From positions 325,889 to 389,888 of the forward strand of contig NW_004797927.1 in assembly GCF_000002075.1 (NCBI RefSeq): 64,000 nt of DNA. The letters are read 5' to 3'. Positions within the stretch are counted from its first letter, which is position 1. Each line of letters begins with the position of its first letter. The stretch comes from Aplysia californica. Taxonomy: Eukaryota. This document shows positions 48,907 to 61,575 of the stretch, one piece after another. Position numbers and translations under genes: made by a program. The notes under the pieces were generated by a model. That model did not search any database. It worked only from the letters and a program-made list of their open reading frames with translations, and had not been told where the DNA came from.

Positions 48907-49530
48907 TAGTTTTCCAAAGGGTTTGGTGGAAAGTGGTAGAAAAAAGTCTACCCCAAAAATAACTAAGTAGGTTTACAATGATCTAATTGAAAAATTTGCT
49001 AAGAAATGTTATTCCTGTTTGAAAGAATTTCTATGTCTGATCGAAATCCCTCCACCATTGGCCTTATTCCTCTCTTGAACTATTTTCTGTCATTTGTGTG
49101 TGTTTCCCGCGTGTTGTTCGCTCCTGACCTAGTACAAAACCTATCTCTGTCTACCGTATCCTTTTTCTTTTTACCTGAACTGAAAGGACTTTTTGGACGG
49201 TACTGAGAAATTTGTTTTTATTGAACGAGGCTCATGAACACTTAGAACCATAGACTTTGAAATCGGAAGTGCTGGGGTTTTCTAAACTTGGTTGAAATAA
49301 CAAAACACATGGTCAATATTCTACCGAAATAGACATTCACCAGTCCAGTGGTGTGACCTTTGCTGCTCTCTTGTGATTTTCTTTTGTCTCAAATTCAGAA
49401 GTCACATTATATATATTTTTAAAGAAATTTTGTACCCCCTGGACCCTAACTAAGTTGTTTTTTTTGCCCCTGTTCCTTTTTCACTTTCCCAGAGTGTTTT
49501 GTAAGGAGTTCTGGTGTCTCAATTTTCTTG

Positions 49531-49763
49531 TCAGTTTGTGTAAAACAGTGAGGGTTGAAGGAGTTCTGAAGCCTCAATAGTTCAGTTTGTGTAAAACAGT
49601 GAGGGTTGAAGGAGTTCTGAAGCCTCAATAGTTCAGTGTGTGTAAAACAGTGAGGATTGAAGGAGTTCTGAAGCCTCAATAGTTCAGTGTGTGTAAAACA
49701 GTGAGGGTTGAAGGAGTTCTGAAGCCTCAATAGTTCAGTGTGTGTAAAACAGTGAGGGTTGAA
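49531..49763. repeat. 51-bp minisatellite x~4.5
   Basis: Unit tcagtgtgtgtaaaacagtgagggttgaaggagttctgaagcctcaatagt. Confidence 0.92.
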
Positions 49764-49942
49764 GCAGAGCTGATGCTGCAGATTTGTGAAAGGATGTGTT
49801 AGGCTTGTTTTGTCTGAGTGTGTAGATGTGATTGATGAATACTTGTGGAAGAAAAAAGTTGAGTGTAGGATGTTGGTAAATGAGACTGTGTTTACAGCTT
49901 GCCGATATTGATCATGTATGGTCCTAGGTTTCTGAGCCGTTG

Positions 49943-50240
49943 CTCTGTCCTGTAAAGCTCTCTCTGGTAATCCTCTGTCCTGTAATGCTCTCTCTGGTAA
50001 ATCTCTGTCCTGTAAAGCTCTCTCTGGTAATCCTCTGTCCTGTAATGCTCTCACTGGTAAATCTCTGTCCTGTAAAGCTCTCTCTGGTAAATCTCTGTCC
50101 TGCAAAGCTCTCTCTGGTAAATCTCTGTCCTGTAAAGCTCTCTCTGGTAAATCTCTGTCCTGCAAAGCTCTCTCTGGTAATCCTCAGTCCTGTAATGCTC
50201 TCTCTGGTAATCCTCTGTCCTGTAAAGCTCTGTCCTGTAA
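49943..50240. repeat. 30-bp minisatellite x~10
   Basis: Unit ctctgtcctgtaaagctctctctggtaaat. Confidence 0.95.
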
Positions 50241-50722
50241 AACATATCACGAGAATTTTATTTCCAGTAAAGTCTTCCATCTTTCTCCTAGTTCCTTTCA
50301 CTGAGTTTCTGTCTGGGCTTGGAATCTCTGCCAGACATTTGTGTGTTGTGTTTGTCGTGCAAGTTTGTGCGAGTCGCTGAGCGAGGTGTAGTGGCTGATA
50401 GACCAACCAGGAATGTCTGTCTTACGCTGAGTGTCAGTTTGGGTGGCGTGCGCTCTCACTGGGCAGTAAGAGTTTCTGCTGGAAGAAGTTGATGGAACTG
50501 ACATTCCTTTCCTTGTTTGTGTAGCTCATGTGCACCGGTAGCCTTCTGCACTTGTGGTGGCAAGTGTCTCCAACCAAGAGTTGTACACATCTTTGGTAGA
50601 AATCTTCTCTTTTGCTCTCTTTGATTTTTGGAATGACTTGTGGAAGTTTGGAACCTTGTTTCTCATTATCTGTTCACACAAGTGGGAAATGATGGGAGTG
50701 GTGGGTCTCTTCTATCGTGTCA

Positions 50723-50897
50723 GTGGGTTGTTGGCAGGTGCTCTGATGTGGTTTGCTCCTGTCCTATCAAACATCTATCGTCCTGATCTCTCCTCCTTCT
50801 GTTTTATGTTTGTTACTCTCTTGTAACACCTCTAATCTTCGGCTCTTACATGACCTTATTGTGTTGCAAGTGCCGTAAAACTCTTACGAAGACTAAA
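50723..50897 (+). mobile_element. Family A retroposon ending ~50 nt before AP1S terminal exon B
   Basis: Consensus match. Confidence 0.85.
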
Positions 50898-50948
50898 AAA
50901 GAACATTTGATAATTTTGTTTTCTTTTCTCGTCTTTTCTATCCTTCAG

Positions 50949-50993
50949 GAGGAAACTCCGCAGGGTTTCTTTGAAGATCACGGCCTGGGCTAA
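50949..50993 (+). CDS. AP1S2: AP-1 sigma alternative terminal exon B (EETPQGFFEDHGLG*)
   Basis: Long pyrimidine tract + cag|, phase 0, TAA. Resembles the ETPQxFFEDHGLG tail I recall for invertebrate AP-1 sigma. Gives a 157-aa protein. Confidence 0.9.
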   Translation, partial: EETPQGFFEDHGLG

Positions 50994-51640
50994 GACGGCC
51001 AGCGGGCCGGCACAGTTAGGAGCTGGGCTGTACACCTTCCTCAGCATGTCCCCCCCCCACCCCTCACCCCCACCTACCTATGTCTGCTGGAAAAGCAAAA
51101 CGTACATTCTCACCCCCATCATGTGAATCTGCCGTTTGAGAGGAGAACTCTCCACCTCGGGTTTATCACCCCCTCGAGTGTGTCGGGAAGTTTGTCGTGA
51201 ATGTCCACGTGGCAGTGTTTAGTGTTTTCATTTTTAGAGAGTTCCTAGTTTTTTTGCTTTGGAGCGCTACCTTCCATTTGGTACCTAGTTGAAAGTTTGG
51301 ACAACCTTGACGGTGGTTATTGTACAACATAATAATAATAATAATATTGTTCAGAGATAGCAATGGTGTGGATGAATGTTTGTTAGCAAGGATATATTTT
51401 TTACAAACTTTTGTTTGTTCATGACAACCTGCGTGACCCGCATTGACAGACCATCATTTTTTGTACTTTTTCCCCCACAAAGTTTTTTGATAGGATATTT
51501 GAAGACTGTTTTTTTGTTGGGAGGACTAATGGCAGTAAGCAATGACATTCGTTTTTTTATGATTTGTATATATAATATACTCTACCGTGATTTTTTTTAC
51601 TCAGAACTGTGTTGTGACTTGTTTATTTTGTTTCCATCAA

Positions 51641-51646
51641 AATAAA
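51641..51646 (+). terminator. Candidate poly(A) signal after exon B (another at 52611-52616)
   Basis: AATAAA followed by a T-rich tract. Confidence 0.5.
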
Positions 51647-52725
51647 ACGTTCTTTTCTTTTATTTAAAAAGTATATATATTTTTCCAGCGTTAAGACCTG
51701 GGAGTATATTTCTCCAAGTATCACACTTTGGCATTCCCCTACTGGACAAAGCATGAGGATGACATTCCATTGAAGATTTTATGAGATTTAATTAAATGTT
51801 TGTGAAATTGTTCTGAAAAGACAGTGTGTAGAAAAGTACAATTCTTTCCCTACTCGACATGAATTGTGCACTCCGGTGTGCCATGACTTCTTTGTTTCTC
51901 TGTTTATATTTATATATAGTTGAATGTTGCCAATCCAGAGCCCTTTACTCAGTGCTGTTCTCCTTCATCTCATTGTTTTGCTTTCTCCCCCTGGACCGCC
52001 GTGGGTGGTGGGCGGGTGCTCTCTTGACATACATCCTCCCCTTGGCGCTCATATGACCTTATGCAGTTGTGAGCGCCGGAAAAACGTGTCATGACGTGTG
52101 TTGATGTAATCTGAAGGGGGGTGTTTCATGATCTGTGCTGTATCTTACTGTAGGGTAGGAAAGCTATGACACTCCTCTCCCCCCCCACCCCCCCCCCCCC
52201 CCCAGCATAAGGCGCAGGAATGGTCGGGGTGTTCGCTGTTTGTGTTGGCTATTGTCTGTTTTCTCTCTCAGTCCTGTCTTTCTGTTCCGGTACATTGTTT
52301 TGTTTTTTTCTCTTCGTTCTGTCCTTCTCTACGTTGGTTTTTTTTTCTCTTAGTTCTGTCTTTCTGTACATTATTTTGTTTTATTTTTTTCTCAGTTCTG
52401 TCCTTCTGTGCATTAATTAAACATTCCTTGTTGTACTAAGTTCTACAATTGGTGAGCGTGTGCGTGAGTGAGTGAGTGCGTGAGTGAGCCGTGTCAGTTT
52501 TGTCCGTGAATTCCCCCATCAGTTTTCTGTAACTTTGGGTTTTCCATGACTGGCTCACAGTGGACTGTGACAGATCTGTGGGTTCATGTGCGCCAAACAT
52601 GCAGAACAAGAATAAACTTGCTTTTGTGTACAAACAGGGGTTGCTTTGGGGTTTTTGGTTTCACTTCTTTACTTTCCACACTGTGACTTTGTAGTCCGGA
52701 GTGAAATTTTCTGTGTACTTTGTCA

Positions 52726-52762
<37 letters not shown>

Positions 52763-52798
52763 TATGCCTTTCACCCCTGGCAGGGTATAGGCCACATA

Positions 52799-53045
52799 TC
52801 GTCATATTTAAGGACAAGCGGGCTAACCCAGATTTCGTGGGTTTCCAGAAATCTTGACCTACACCAAAAGTGAGCATTGCCCTACCTATAGGAGAAGTTT
52901 AATTTCATCGGTGTGTATATTTGTTTGGTTATAGAGAAAACTCTCCTTGTCTTTTAAAGAAACTGAACAAGGGGCAAAATTTTACCTTCGGTTTTCTCAA
53001 AACAGCGTTTTTCGGGATAGCCCCCTTGTGCTTAAAAGTGACCAT
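52799..53045 (-). mobile_element. MITE family C, full length, inverted
   Basis: Reverse complement of 12105-12358. Confidence 0.85.
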
Positions 53046-53244
53046 AAAATATAAGCTCCATCCATTTATCTCTGTCCTAGGCCATCCTTTCAAGCTCGTT
53101 CCAAGTGAACTTCATCTTTCTCATGTCCCTTTCCACACATCTCCCCCATGTTACTTTGCGACATGCTAGCAGATAAATAGTTAGGGCCGTCTTACAAAGT
53201 GCGATGAACATGTGGGGGGTGGTTTGTGTTCGGACCTGTATGCT

Positions 53245-53372
53245 TCCCGGGAAGCTGAGAATGTTTCTGAGTGTTCTATGGTCTGCTGGGGTAATATATA
53301 TAGTGTAAAGCGCATAGAGCCTGCTGTTGAGTGGGGACATGCGCTATACAAATTATGTTTATTTATATTATT
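53245..53372 (+). mobile_element. L2/CR1-type retroposon 3' end
   Basis: TGTAAAGCGCATAGAG...GCGCTATACAAAT followed by an ATT-rich tail; second copy at 62904-63030. Confidence 0.6.
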
Positions 53373-54441
53373 GATGGGCACCATCAAATAGGGCATTTAC
53401 AAAGTGGAAGTTTGTTGTTGTTGATGCAGTCTCCGTTTGTTGGATTGTGTTCCCTGCGCCCTTTGTTGGTGGCTTGCTTGTGCATGGTACTCCTAGTTTC
53501 TTCTCTCTTTCTCTTTTTCCTCCCTCTTTCTCTCCCTCCCTCTCCTCTTTCTCTCACTCTCTGCCTCTGGTTTCAATCTTTTCGTAGTCTACTCCTGTTT
53601 CCTCTGTTGTATGTTGTTCCAAATGGCTTGTGATGACTCGTGAATGTACTCAGAATAATTGGCCGTGCTACATGAAGGGTTTGATTGATGCTTGCTGTAG
53701 AGACATGACGCTGTCTTTGGCTTTGGCTTAGATTACGCTGGGAGTGAAGCAACAGCTGTACAGACACAGCGCTGTATTAGTCTTTGGCTTAGCTTACGCC
53801 GGGAGCGGGCAGACAGAGCTTAGAACGCTGGGCTTGGTGGAGGTGTGGCTGGTCTGTACACAAGCTTTACTCTCACTCACACACACTGAGCGACAGGTGA
53901 GTTGTGCCAGTGAATCAGTCACCGCTAAATGACAAATCTGTTGCCTGGACCATCTGTTTTGTCTCACACTTGATGTAGCTGCTGTCTTTCTGTTCTGGGC
54001 CTATTTCTTTGTCCAAGCAGTTTTGTCCGATAAAGAAATCATCTAAAAAGTTGTCTCAGTTTGGAGTTAGATCCTTGATGAACGGAACAAATTGACCGTG
54101 CACGTGACAAGAATCGGAACTAGGCATCAGGAGTGTGAGATTTGCACTAAGCAGACGTGTGGGGGTTTTCCTACTTGCCCAACCCCACAGACGGGCCAGT
54201 CACTTGTGTGGCTCTGTGGGAAACCCCAGTGTTGATGCAGGGGAAATAACTTCTGGCCAGGAAGTGTGTGATCAGTTACAAAGATAAGATAAGATAAGAT
54301 ACATCTTATACACAAAGTGCCGGACTCCTCTCTGACAGTTTCTCCCACCACTGGCACAGGGTAGCTTTAGCCACAGAACAACGCTTTCAATGTTCGGTAT
54401 TGGGGGAAGAGTTTGTATCAAACCAAGCTGACCGACAGCTT

Positions 54442-54635
54442 CTTTGTTTTTGTTTTAGTAAGAGTTTTACGGCACTTGCAACACAATAAGGTCATATAAG
54501 TGCTGAAGATTAGAGGTGTCACAAGAGAGCGGCAAACACAAAAAAGAAGGAGGAGAGATAACGACGATAGATGTTTGGTCAACTTTGGTAGGAAAGAAGG
54601 AGCAAACCACACCAGAGCACCCACCAACCACCCAC
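54442..54635 (-). mobile_element. Family A retroposon, antisense, with TSD
   Basis: ACAGCTT at 54435-54441 and 54636-54642. Confidence 0.88.
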
Positions 54636-54872
54636 ACAGCTTGTTAAGAATCAAGGATTGAGGCTCTCATTGTTTAGAATTCAGAACACTTTCCAAAGCA
54701 GAATCCTCTGATTGTTTCAGTTTTGCATTCAAGTTCAAAAAGAGACGAGAGAGATGGTTTTAGTGTCAGGTTTGAAAGTTTGGGTCTTTGAAAGAAAAGG
54801 TGGGGCTCTTCCTGCTTGTGTTTACCTTTCTTATGGGAGAGGATAGTGTGGAGGGAATGTTTTTATTATGTT

Positions 54873-54929
<57 letters not shown>

Positions 54930-55594
54930 GTACACACTGTATTAGTAAGTATTACACACTGTACGACACGCATGTTCTGTAAGGTCCATCACGGCTTTCA
55001 TCATCCTGCCTGTGCTGCAATGCCCTGTCTAATACTCTGCTTGAAAACAGCTTGTCAAATCTTTGCACGGAATACTCGGAATGCTATATTGCACGCAATA
55101 TAAAGCAACTAGTGAATGTGATATCAATTTTAAAAATATTATATTATAAATATGACATTTTGTGGGAAGCTTTTGTGAAGGGTAAGTGTCAAATATGCCA
55201 ATCGCTCACGTCTTGAAAAACTTGAAATAGTGTTCTCTAAATACTTTTATAGTCTTATACCAAAAAAAAGCAAAAAACATTTGACTTTTTACAATTTCTA
55301 TCTGGCTTTGTGTAGCTATAATTGTGTTGCAGCCACCAAAAGTGATGATGTTGTTCAATTTTTTATTTCTTAAAGGAAAAAGCCTACTATGTATGTCTTA
55401 CATTTAGGGAAGCTAGAATTAAGTGTATTGTGCACCTCATCAAAGCCACACCGGCTGACACATTGTTACACTGACAAAAGTAAAGTTTTGTGACAAGCCG
55501 TCATTGTGAACTCACATGACCGTGTTTACTGTACTGTGAGCTGGAGAGTCTATGTGCCTCCGTGTGACTTCTGTACACTGTTCTGGCTCAGCGT

Positions 55595-56000
55595 TTGTGT
55601 ATACGTGTGTATGTACATGTTATATATATAGCCCACCACGAGGCTTTTGTCTATACGTGTGTATGTACATGTTATATATATAGCCCACCACGAGGCTTTT
55701 GTCTATACGTGTGTATGTACATGTTATATATATAGCCCACCTTGAGGCTTTTGTCTATACGTGTGTATGTACATGTTATATATATAGCCCACCACGAGGC
55801 TTTTGTCTATACGTGTGTATGTACATGTTATATATATAGCCCACCACGAGGCTTTTGTCTATACGTGTGTATGTACATGTTATATATATAGCCCACCACG
55901 AGGCTTTTGTGTATACGTGTGTATGTACATATATGTGTGTCCTACCATGAGGATTTTGTCTATACGTGTGTATGTACATGTTATATATATGGCCCACCAC
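55595..56000. repeat. 52-bp minisatellite x~7.5
   Basis: Unit ttgtctatacgtgtgtatgtacatgttatatatatagcccaccacgaggctt. Confidence 0.95.
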
Positions 56001-56195
56001 GCGACACTATGTGTCATACATGTGTTTGTGTGTGGGGGAGGGGGGTCTATGTGTGTGTATGTGTTTGTGTGTGGGAGGGGGGGTCTATGTGTGTGTATGT
56101 GTTTGTGTGTGTGGGAGGGTGGGATGTCTGTATGCACATGTATTCATGTTATGTGCATGTGGCTGGTACTCAAACCGGACTGGTTTATTAGCAAT

Positions 56196-56585
56196 ATATG
56201 TGGGACATCGTGGTAAAATCAAGCGCTCATCAAAATAATGAAATTGAAGATATCGTCATTTTCCCTTCTGTTTGTCAAATTTTTGCTAATTTTTTCTTTT
56301 TGTCTCTCAACACCTTTTATGTCTCAATATAAAAAAACCATTTCCATGTAAATTTGACAGAAAAGGTTGATTAAAGGCACAAAATATGTAATTTTTCAGT
56401 TTTAAAGGACTATCAAGCTATTGAAATTACCCAAATTTGGCAGCCATTTTCTCGCGACTTTTATCACTTAAAACAGGCGACCCCACCTCCTTCCATCAAA
56501 AATATCTTGACTTCTAGATGATACCATTAACTCGACACGCCCAAAAACTGATGAGCGCCTGATTCCACCGCGTCGTGACACATAT
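56196..56585. mobile_element. MITE family D
   Basis: ATATGTG termini; inverted AATCAAGCGCTCATCA / TGATGAGCGCCTGATT; related to 26191-26604. Confidence 0.65.
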
Positions 56586-57108
56586 TCAGTAGATGCTACA
56601 AAGGATTATTTACCCACAACAAAGACGTGTGCTGTGTGAACAAGCAAGTTTTCAGTGTGTCGCTGTGGTCAAGTATTGGTAGAATTTGCGTTTGTTGTAA
56701 AACATTGTTTAATATGTGTATATGACCATAGGAAAATAAATGAGCAATGCAGTCCACTTAACTGCACAATTCTTGAGATGGAAGGAAAAAACAAAACAAA
56801 GAGGAGAATTCTAAAATGACAAGGAATATTTGTACATTATGTATTATTCTTTATCTTACATCTGAGAAGAGAAACAGAAATGTATTACAGGTAAAGTTCA
56901 TTTGTTGAGAATAGTGCACTCTGCTTTATTAGTGTTGATTTTTCTGTACATTGCTGGCCAAAGTTGTTATAGACAAAGCCAAGGATAGAATTAATTGGTT
57001 CAGGATTAGACTCAATAGTTTTGAGCGTTGATCTGGCCATCAGTAATTTGTGAGACAAAGTTGGAGAGTAGATTTGTGAATAGGAGAGGAAAGCAGTGTA
57101 TTCTGCAC

Positions 57109-57645
57109 TTGTCTTGTTAATGTTTCTCATGACAATCTTGTCTTGTTAATGTTTCTCATGACAATCTTGTCTTGTTAATGTTTCTCATGACAATCTTGTC
57201 TTGTTAATGTTTCTCATGACAATCTTGTCTTGTTAATGTTTCTCATGACAATCTTGTCTTGTTAATGTTTCTCATGACAATCTTGTCTTGTTAATGTTTC
57301 TCATGACAATCTTGTCTTGTTAATGTTTCTCATGACAATCTTGTCTTGTTAATGTTTCTCATGACAATCTTGTCTTGTTAATGTTTCTCATGACAATCTT
57401 GTCTTGTTAATGTTTCTCATGACAATCTTGTCTTGTTAATGTTTCTCTTGACAATCTTGTCTTGTTAATGTTTCTCATGACAATCTTGTCTTGTTAATGT
57501 TTCTCATGACAATCTTGTCTTGTTAATGTTTCTCATGACAATCTTGTCTTGTAAATGTTTCTCATGACAATCTTGTCTTGTAAATGTTTCTCATGACAAT
57601 CTTGTCTTGTAAATGTTTCTCATGACAATCTTGTCTTGTAAATGT
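57109..57645. repeat. 29-bp minisatellite x~18
   Basis: Unit ttgtcttgttaatgtttctcatgacaatc. Confidence 0.95.
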
Positions 57646-57775
57646 GAGTGGTTGGCGGATGCTCTGGTGTGGTTTGCTCCTTCTTTCTTACTCTCTTATA
57701 ACACATCTACTCTTCGGCACTTATATGACCTTATTGTGTTTCAAGTGCCGTAAAACTCTTACTAAAACTAAAACT
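57644..57775 (+). mobile_element. Family A retroposon (internally deleted) inserted at the end of the 29-bp array
   Basis: Head and tail match; TTGTAAATGT on both flanks. Confidence 0.85.
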
Positions 57776-57855
57776 GTTGTAAATGTTTGTTTCTCCCGAC
57801 AATCTTATCGTAAAACGCTTACTAAAACGACAATCTTGTGCTTTCTTTCTCAAAG

Positions 57856-57912
57856 GAGTCGGAGGAACCTCGAGGAATCCTGGAGGACTTTGGCTTCATG
57901 GTGGGCAGCTGA
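57856..57912 (+). CDS. AP1S2: AP-1 sigma alternative terminal exon C (ESEEPRGILEDFGFMVGS*)
   Basis: ctttctttctcaaag| acceptor, phase 0, TGA. Resembles the vertebrate-type tail ExExPRSVLEExGL (recalled, not searched). Confidence 0.78.
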   Translation, partial: ESEEPRGILEDFGFMVGS

Positions 57913-58081
57913 GGAACTTACGTGTACTTCCCCTTCCTGCACACGCCGGGGCGATCCTTGATGGGGTCGGCTGTTGCGTCACTGAGTGTCTTGTGTGTGG
58001 GAGAGAGAGATTTCCTGGTGTGGGTCACGGTGGTGGGCGTGGATGAAAGGGGTTCGGGGGAAAGGGTTGTAGAAATATTAC

Positions 58082-58322
58082 GTGAAGCGTGCTGACAAAA
58101 TGAGTTACTTCTCAGATTTAAGCCTTAAGGCAACAGATACATCATGCTTAGAGGTGAAGTTTTGACAGTTTATAAAAGTATCAAATAATAAAAGACAGGT
58201 CAAAGCGAAAGGATAAAATGGCATCAATAGAAAATCTACCAATCTGACCCTAATGTCGATTTTTGGCCAATATCTCCGTTTGTGGATTGCGAGAAGTAAC
58301 TCATTTTGTCAGTACGCCTCAC
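58082..58322. mobile_element. MITE in the putative 3'UTR of exon C
   Basis: 32-bp TIRs GTGARGCGTRCTGACAAAATGAGTTACTTCTC with 2 mismatches. Confidence 0.85.
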
Positions 58323-61314
58323 TCACAACACTGATTACGTGGTTCGGGGGGAAGGGTTGTAGAAATAATGTCCTGGTTACGTGGAGATGTACATTGTGTG
58401 TGAGGGACAAAGTTTTACAAGTCTATTTGTTGCTGCAAAAAGATATATGTTATTTTATGTTTTATTGCAAACTTACTTGCATGCCTCGTAAAATGTCCGT
58501 TGATAATCAGACTTTGCAAGATCAGAATTGTGTTTGGAATCTCAGATTTCCGTTCACGTTGGGTCCTTGTGTATGTTTAGGAGACATGCAGGAACACGCG
58601 GTGTGCATTGAATGACGAGATTTTTGTTTGGATATTTTTTTATTGTTAATTATTTGTTCTTTGGTATCAGTGAAAAGTCCTGTTGTGTGCTGTAGACTAC
58701 GGAAAAAGTGACTCGTACTACAGAAGCTGAGATGTTCATATATTACTATGTGCATCTGTACATTCTGATTCCTTGAATTAACTAATCAAAATTGAAGGGT
58801 AAGAGTCGCCCGGGAAGAAAGGAGTCCTATCAACCTTCTCTTATCAATAGTAACCACATTTCTACCTGTCAACCTTCTCTTATCAATAGTAACCACATTT
58901 CTACCTGATCTCAAGCAGTGCCGGCTTCTCTAATGTATTCTAAAGGTGACAGGTCAAAGAAATAGTCCCACTTCTGCGTGAGGGGCAACTCTCTGTCTGT
59001 GGGTGTCGTCCCTTTCCTCTACGAGAGCTGAGAGTCCTTCTGTTTGTCCATCTGTCGTATTGTGGGCGAGGCCCCGTGTGCTTTTGTTTGGGCCCAGACA
59101 TTGTAATGTCTAAGAGAAAAGTCTTGAGACTGCGTCTGTTGCTGAAAATACACATGGTAAACAGGATTGGCATTCAAAGTTTGTCTTTGAAGGTCTTGAT
59201 CTTGTGTTTAAGCGTGTCGTTAGCAGGTGTCAATAAGGTGAACAATAAGGGGAACAATCAGGTGTTAGTTGTCCAGGTTCCTTAGCCCTCACTGGGTGAT
59301 CTTGGGGTCTGCAAACCAGAACTGTTCTAAGTAGCTCTACGTTGAGGGTTTTTGTTTTGTTTCACATATATTTGCACTTATTTTTTCAAAATGATATTCA
59401 TATACAGTATAATCAAAGATCATACATATCGGTAGAGTCTAACAAGATAGTTCACTCAGCCGAAAAAGTGTCCGCGGAAGTCCGCGCATTGGTTCAGATG
59501 GCACTGCAGTCTTTGTTTTGAAGCTCTCTTTCGTTTCTCCAGAAGAAGAATAGGAATATCACAGTTTGTTACTTGCGCTTTTATTGTTTTTCACACAAGT
59601 AGGAAAACTCTGTTTGCAGTGTCTGCGCTTTTTCGAAGAGGGCACCACAGAATTTTGAGGACACTTTTTTAATTGTCTCAAAGAGAGGAGTGAACTATCT
59701 TGTTATGTACGATCTTAGGTATGATGTAACTATTTAACCACAGTGATGGTGAGTTGTTGAAGTGCTCTCTGAGACATTTATTGTACAGGGAATACTTATT
59801 CTCTATCTATATATATATATATAATCCTTCTATTGTACAGGGAATACTTATTCTCTCTATCTATCTATCTATAATCCTTCTATTGTACTTTTGTATTAGG
59901 ACAGTATTCAGGTAGCCATTTCTGACTGGGTCTGTTTTTTCCCTTTTCATCTTCCCTCTGGCAGCGCTATAAACGACAAGGCTACATTACTTGCAAGAGA
60001 GCGGGGCCGAGCTAGCTACAGCCATTGACGCTCATATGACCTTATGCAGTTGCTAGCGCCGTAAAACCTCTACTAAAACAAACCAAAAGCTACAGCCATG
60101 GCTTGTAATGTGGCCTCACCCTAATGCTGTTGTACTGCTTCTAACATGGGAATTTCTCTCCTGATGTTTTCTTCCCTCGAGAGCTCTGCTGATAAACCAC
60201 AATGCACTTGTTCGCGGAAAATATTTGGAGACGTACTCCCGTTCACAGATGCACTGTTTTGGGGGGTCAAACTGCGTATTGTTTGCTGCAGATCACACAT
60301 ATAGCCACTAAAACTGTCGCAAATCAATTATTTTCAAGAAAATTTCAAACTTAACTGCAAAATATCAAATTATGGGTCCCCCTGTAACCCCCCAGATTTC
60401 TTTACTTGGTCTGGAGGCACAAAGCATTTTGATTGGTCTATTTCCGTCGGAGCCGTCTCCGAATAGATACTACTGCATTTGTTGCTTCATTCACACTCAC
60501 AGTTGGTAAACCTTTTGTCCAGTTGATGTTGTGTAAGTTACTTCAGTGTAATTTGTAGATCTAAGGCCTTGAACTATTGTGTAGCGACCTTCTACCACTT
60601 GTGAAGACTTTACACGCTGGTTTTGTTTTACTTTCACTAGATCTAGTTCAGCGAACAGGTTTTCTAGCTCAAGTTTTTGTTGTTGGAGAACTGGACTGTA
60701 GTAAGATAACGTTGTTTCTGACAGGTGCACACAATGCTTTCCTTTGTTGGCCAGGTTGGGAAGTGGGTGAGCACGTTAGACATGATGTTAGTGACGCTGT
60801 GAGCGGAGGCGAAAACTGAATCAAAACCATTTTCCTTATTTTCATAGTTCAGTTTCTGTGTGAAAGAGTCAAGAGGGAAGTGTGTTTGTTGTGCACAATT
60901 CTTTCTGTCATTTTGTGATATGTCCCCATATACCTTTATTTTGTTTCTATTAAAGCACAAAAGTTTCAAAAAGTATTTTAAATTCTGTATGTATATAGAT
61001 CTATTTAACAGTTCATAACAAGAGTGTTTGAGCTCATGTGGTGTCATTTGATGAAGAAATTCCTGACAACCATTTCAAATCTCTTCACTCGCTTGGCTGC
61101 GTCGTATCAACCAGTGAGACAAACTCAGCCTTTGCTGCGGAGACGTGGCACATTTATCTCACCGGGGGTACCACAGTTCCTATTTGTTTGTCAGTTTGTT
61201 CAATGAATGTGTTGTTTTGTCTATGTGTGTTGGTTGTTTTCTATATATGTGTTGTTTTCTATAAGTTACAACTGGATGTGCCTTCCTAGCAATCTGTGTT
61301 TGGCCTTTTTCATT

Positions 61315-61575
61315 CTGCCTTTTTCTTCTTCCATCCTTTCTCCTACCTTTCTCTTCTTCCATCCTTTCTCCTTCTACCTTTCTCTTCTTCCATCCTTTCT
61401 CCTTCTACCTTTCTCTTCTTCCATCCTTTCTCCTTCTACCTTTCTCTTCTTCCATCCTTTCTCCTTCTACCTTTCTCTTCTTCCATCCTTTCTCCTTCTA
61501 CCTTTCTCCTTCTACCTTTCTCTTCTTCCATCCTTTCTCCTTCTTCCTTTCCAATCTTCCATCCTTTCTCTTCAT
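61315..61575. repeat. 31-bp pyrimidine minisatellite
   Basis: Unit ccttctacctttctcttcttccatcctttct. Confidence 0.9.

Noticed and set aside
49446-50406. 239/160/146-aa ORFs
   Set aside because: 30-bp and 51-bp minisatellites.
58940-61200. Minus-strand short ORFs as a decayed LINE or viral gene
   Set aside because: No recognisable RT, endonuclease or viral motifs by eye; would need blastx.
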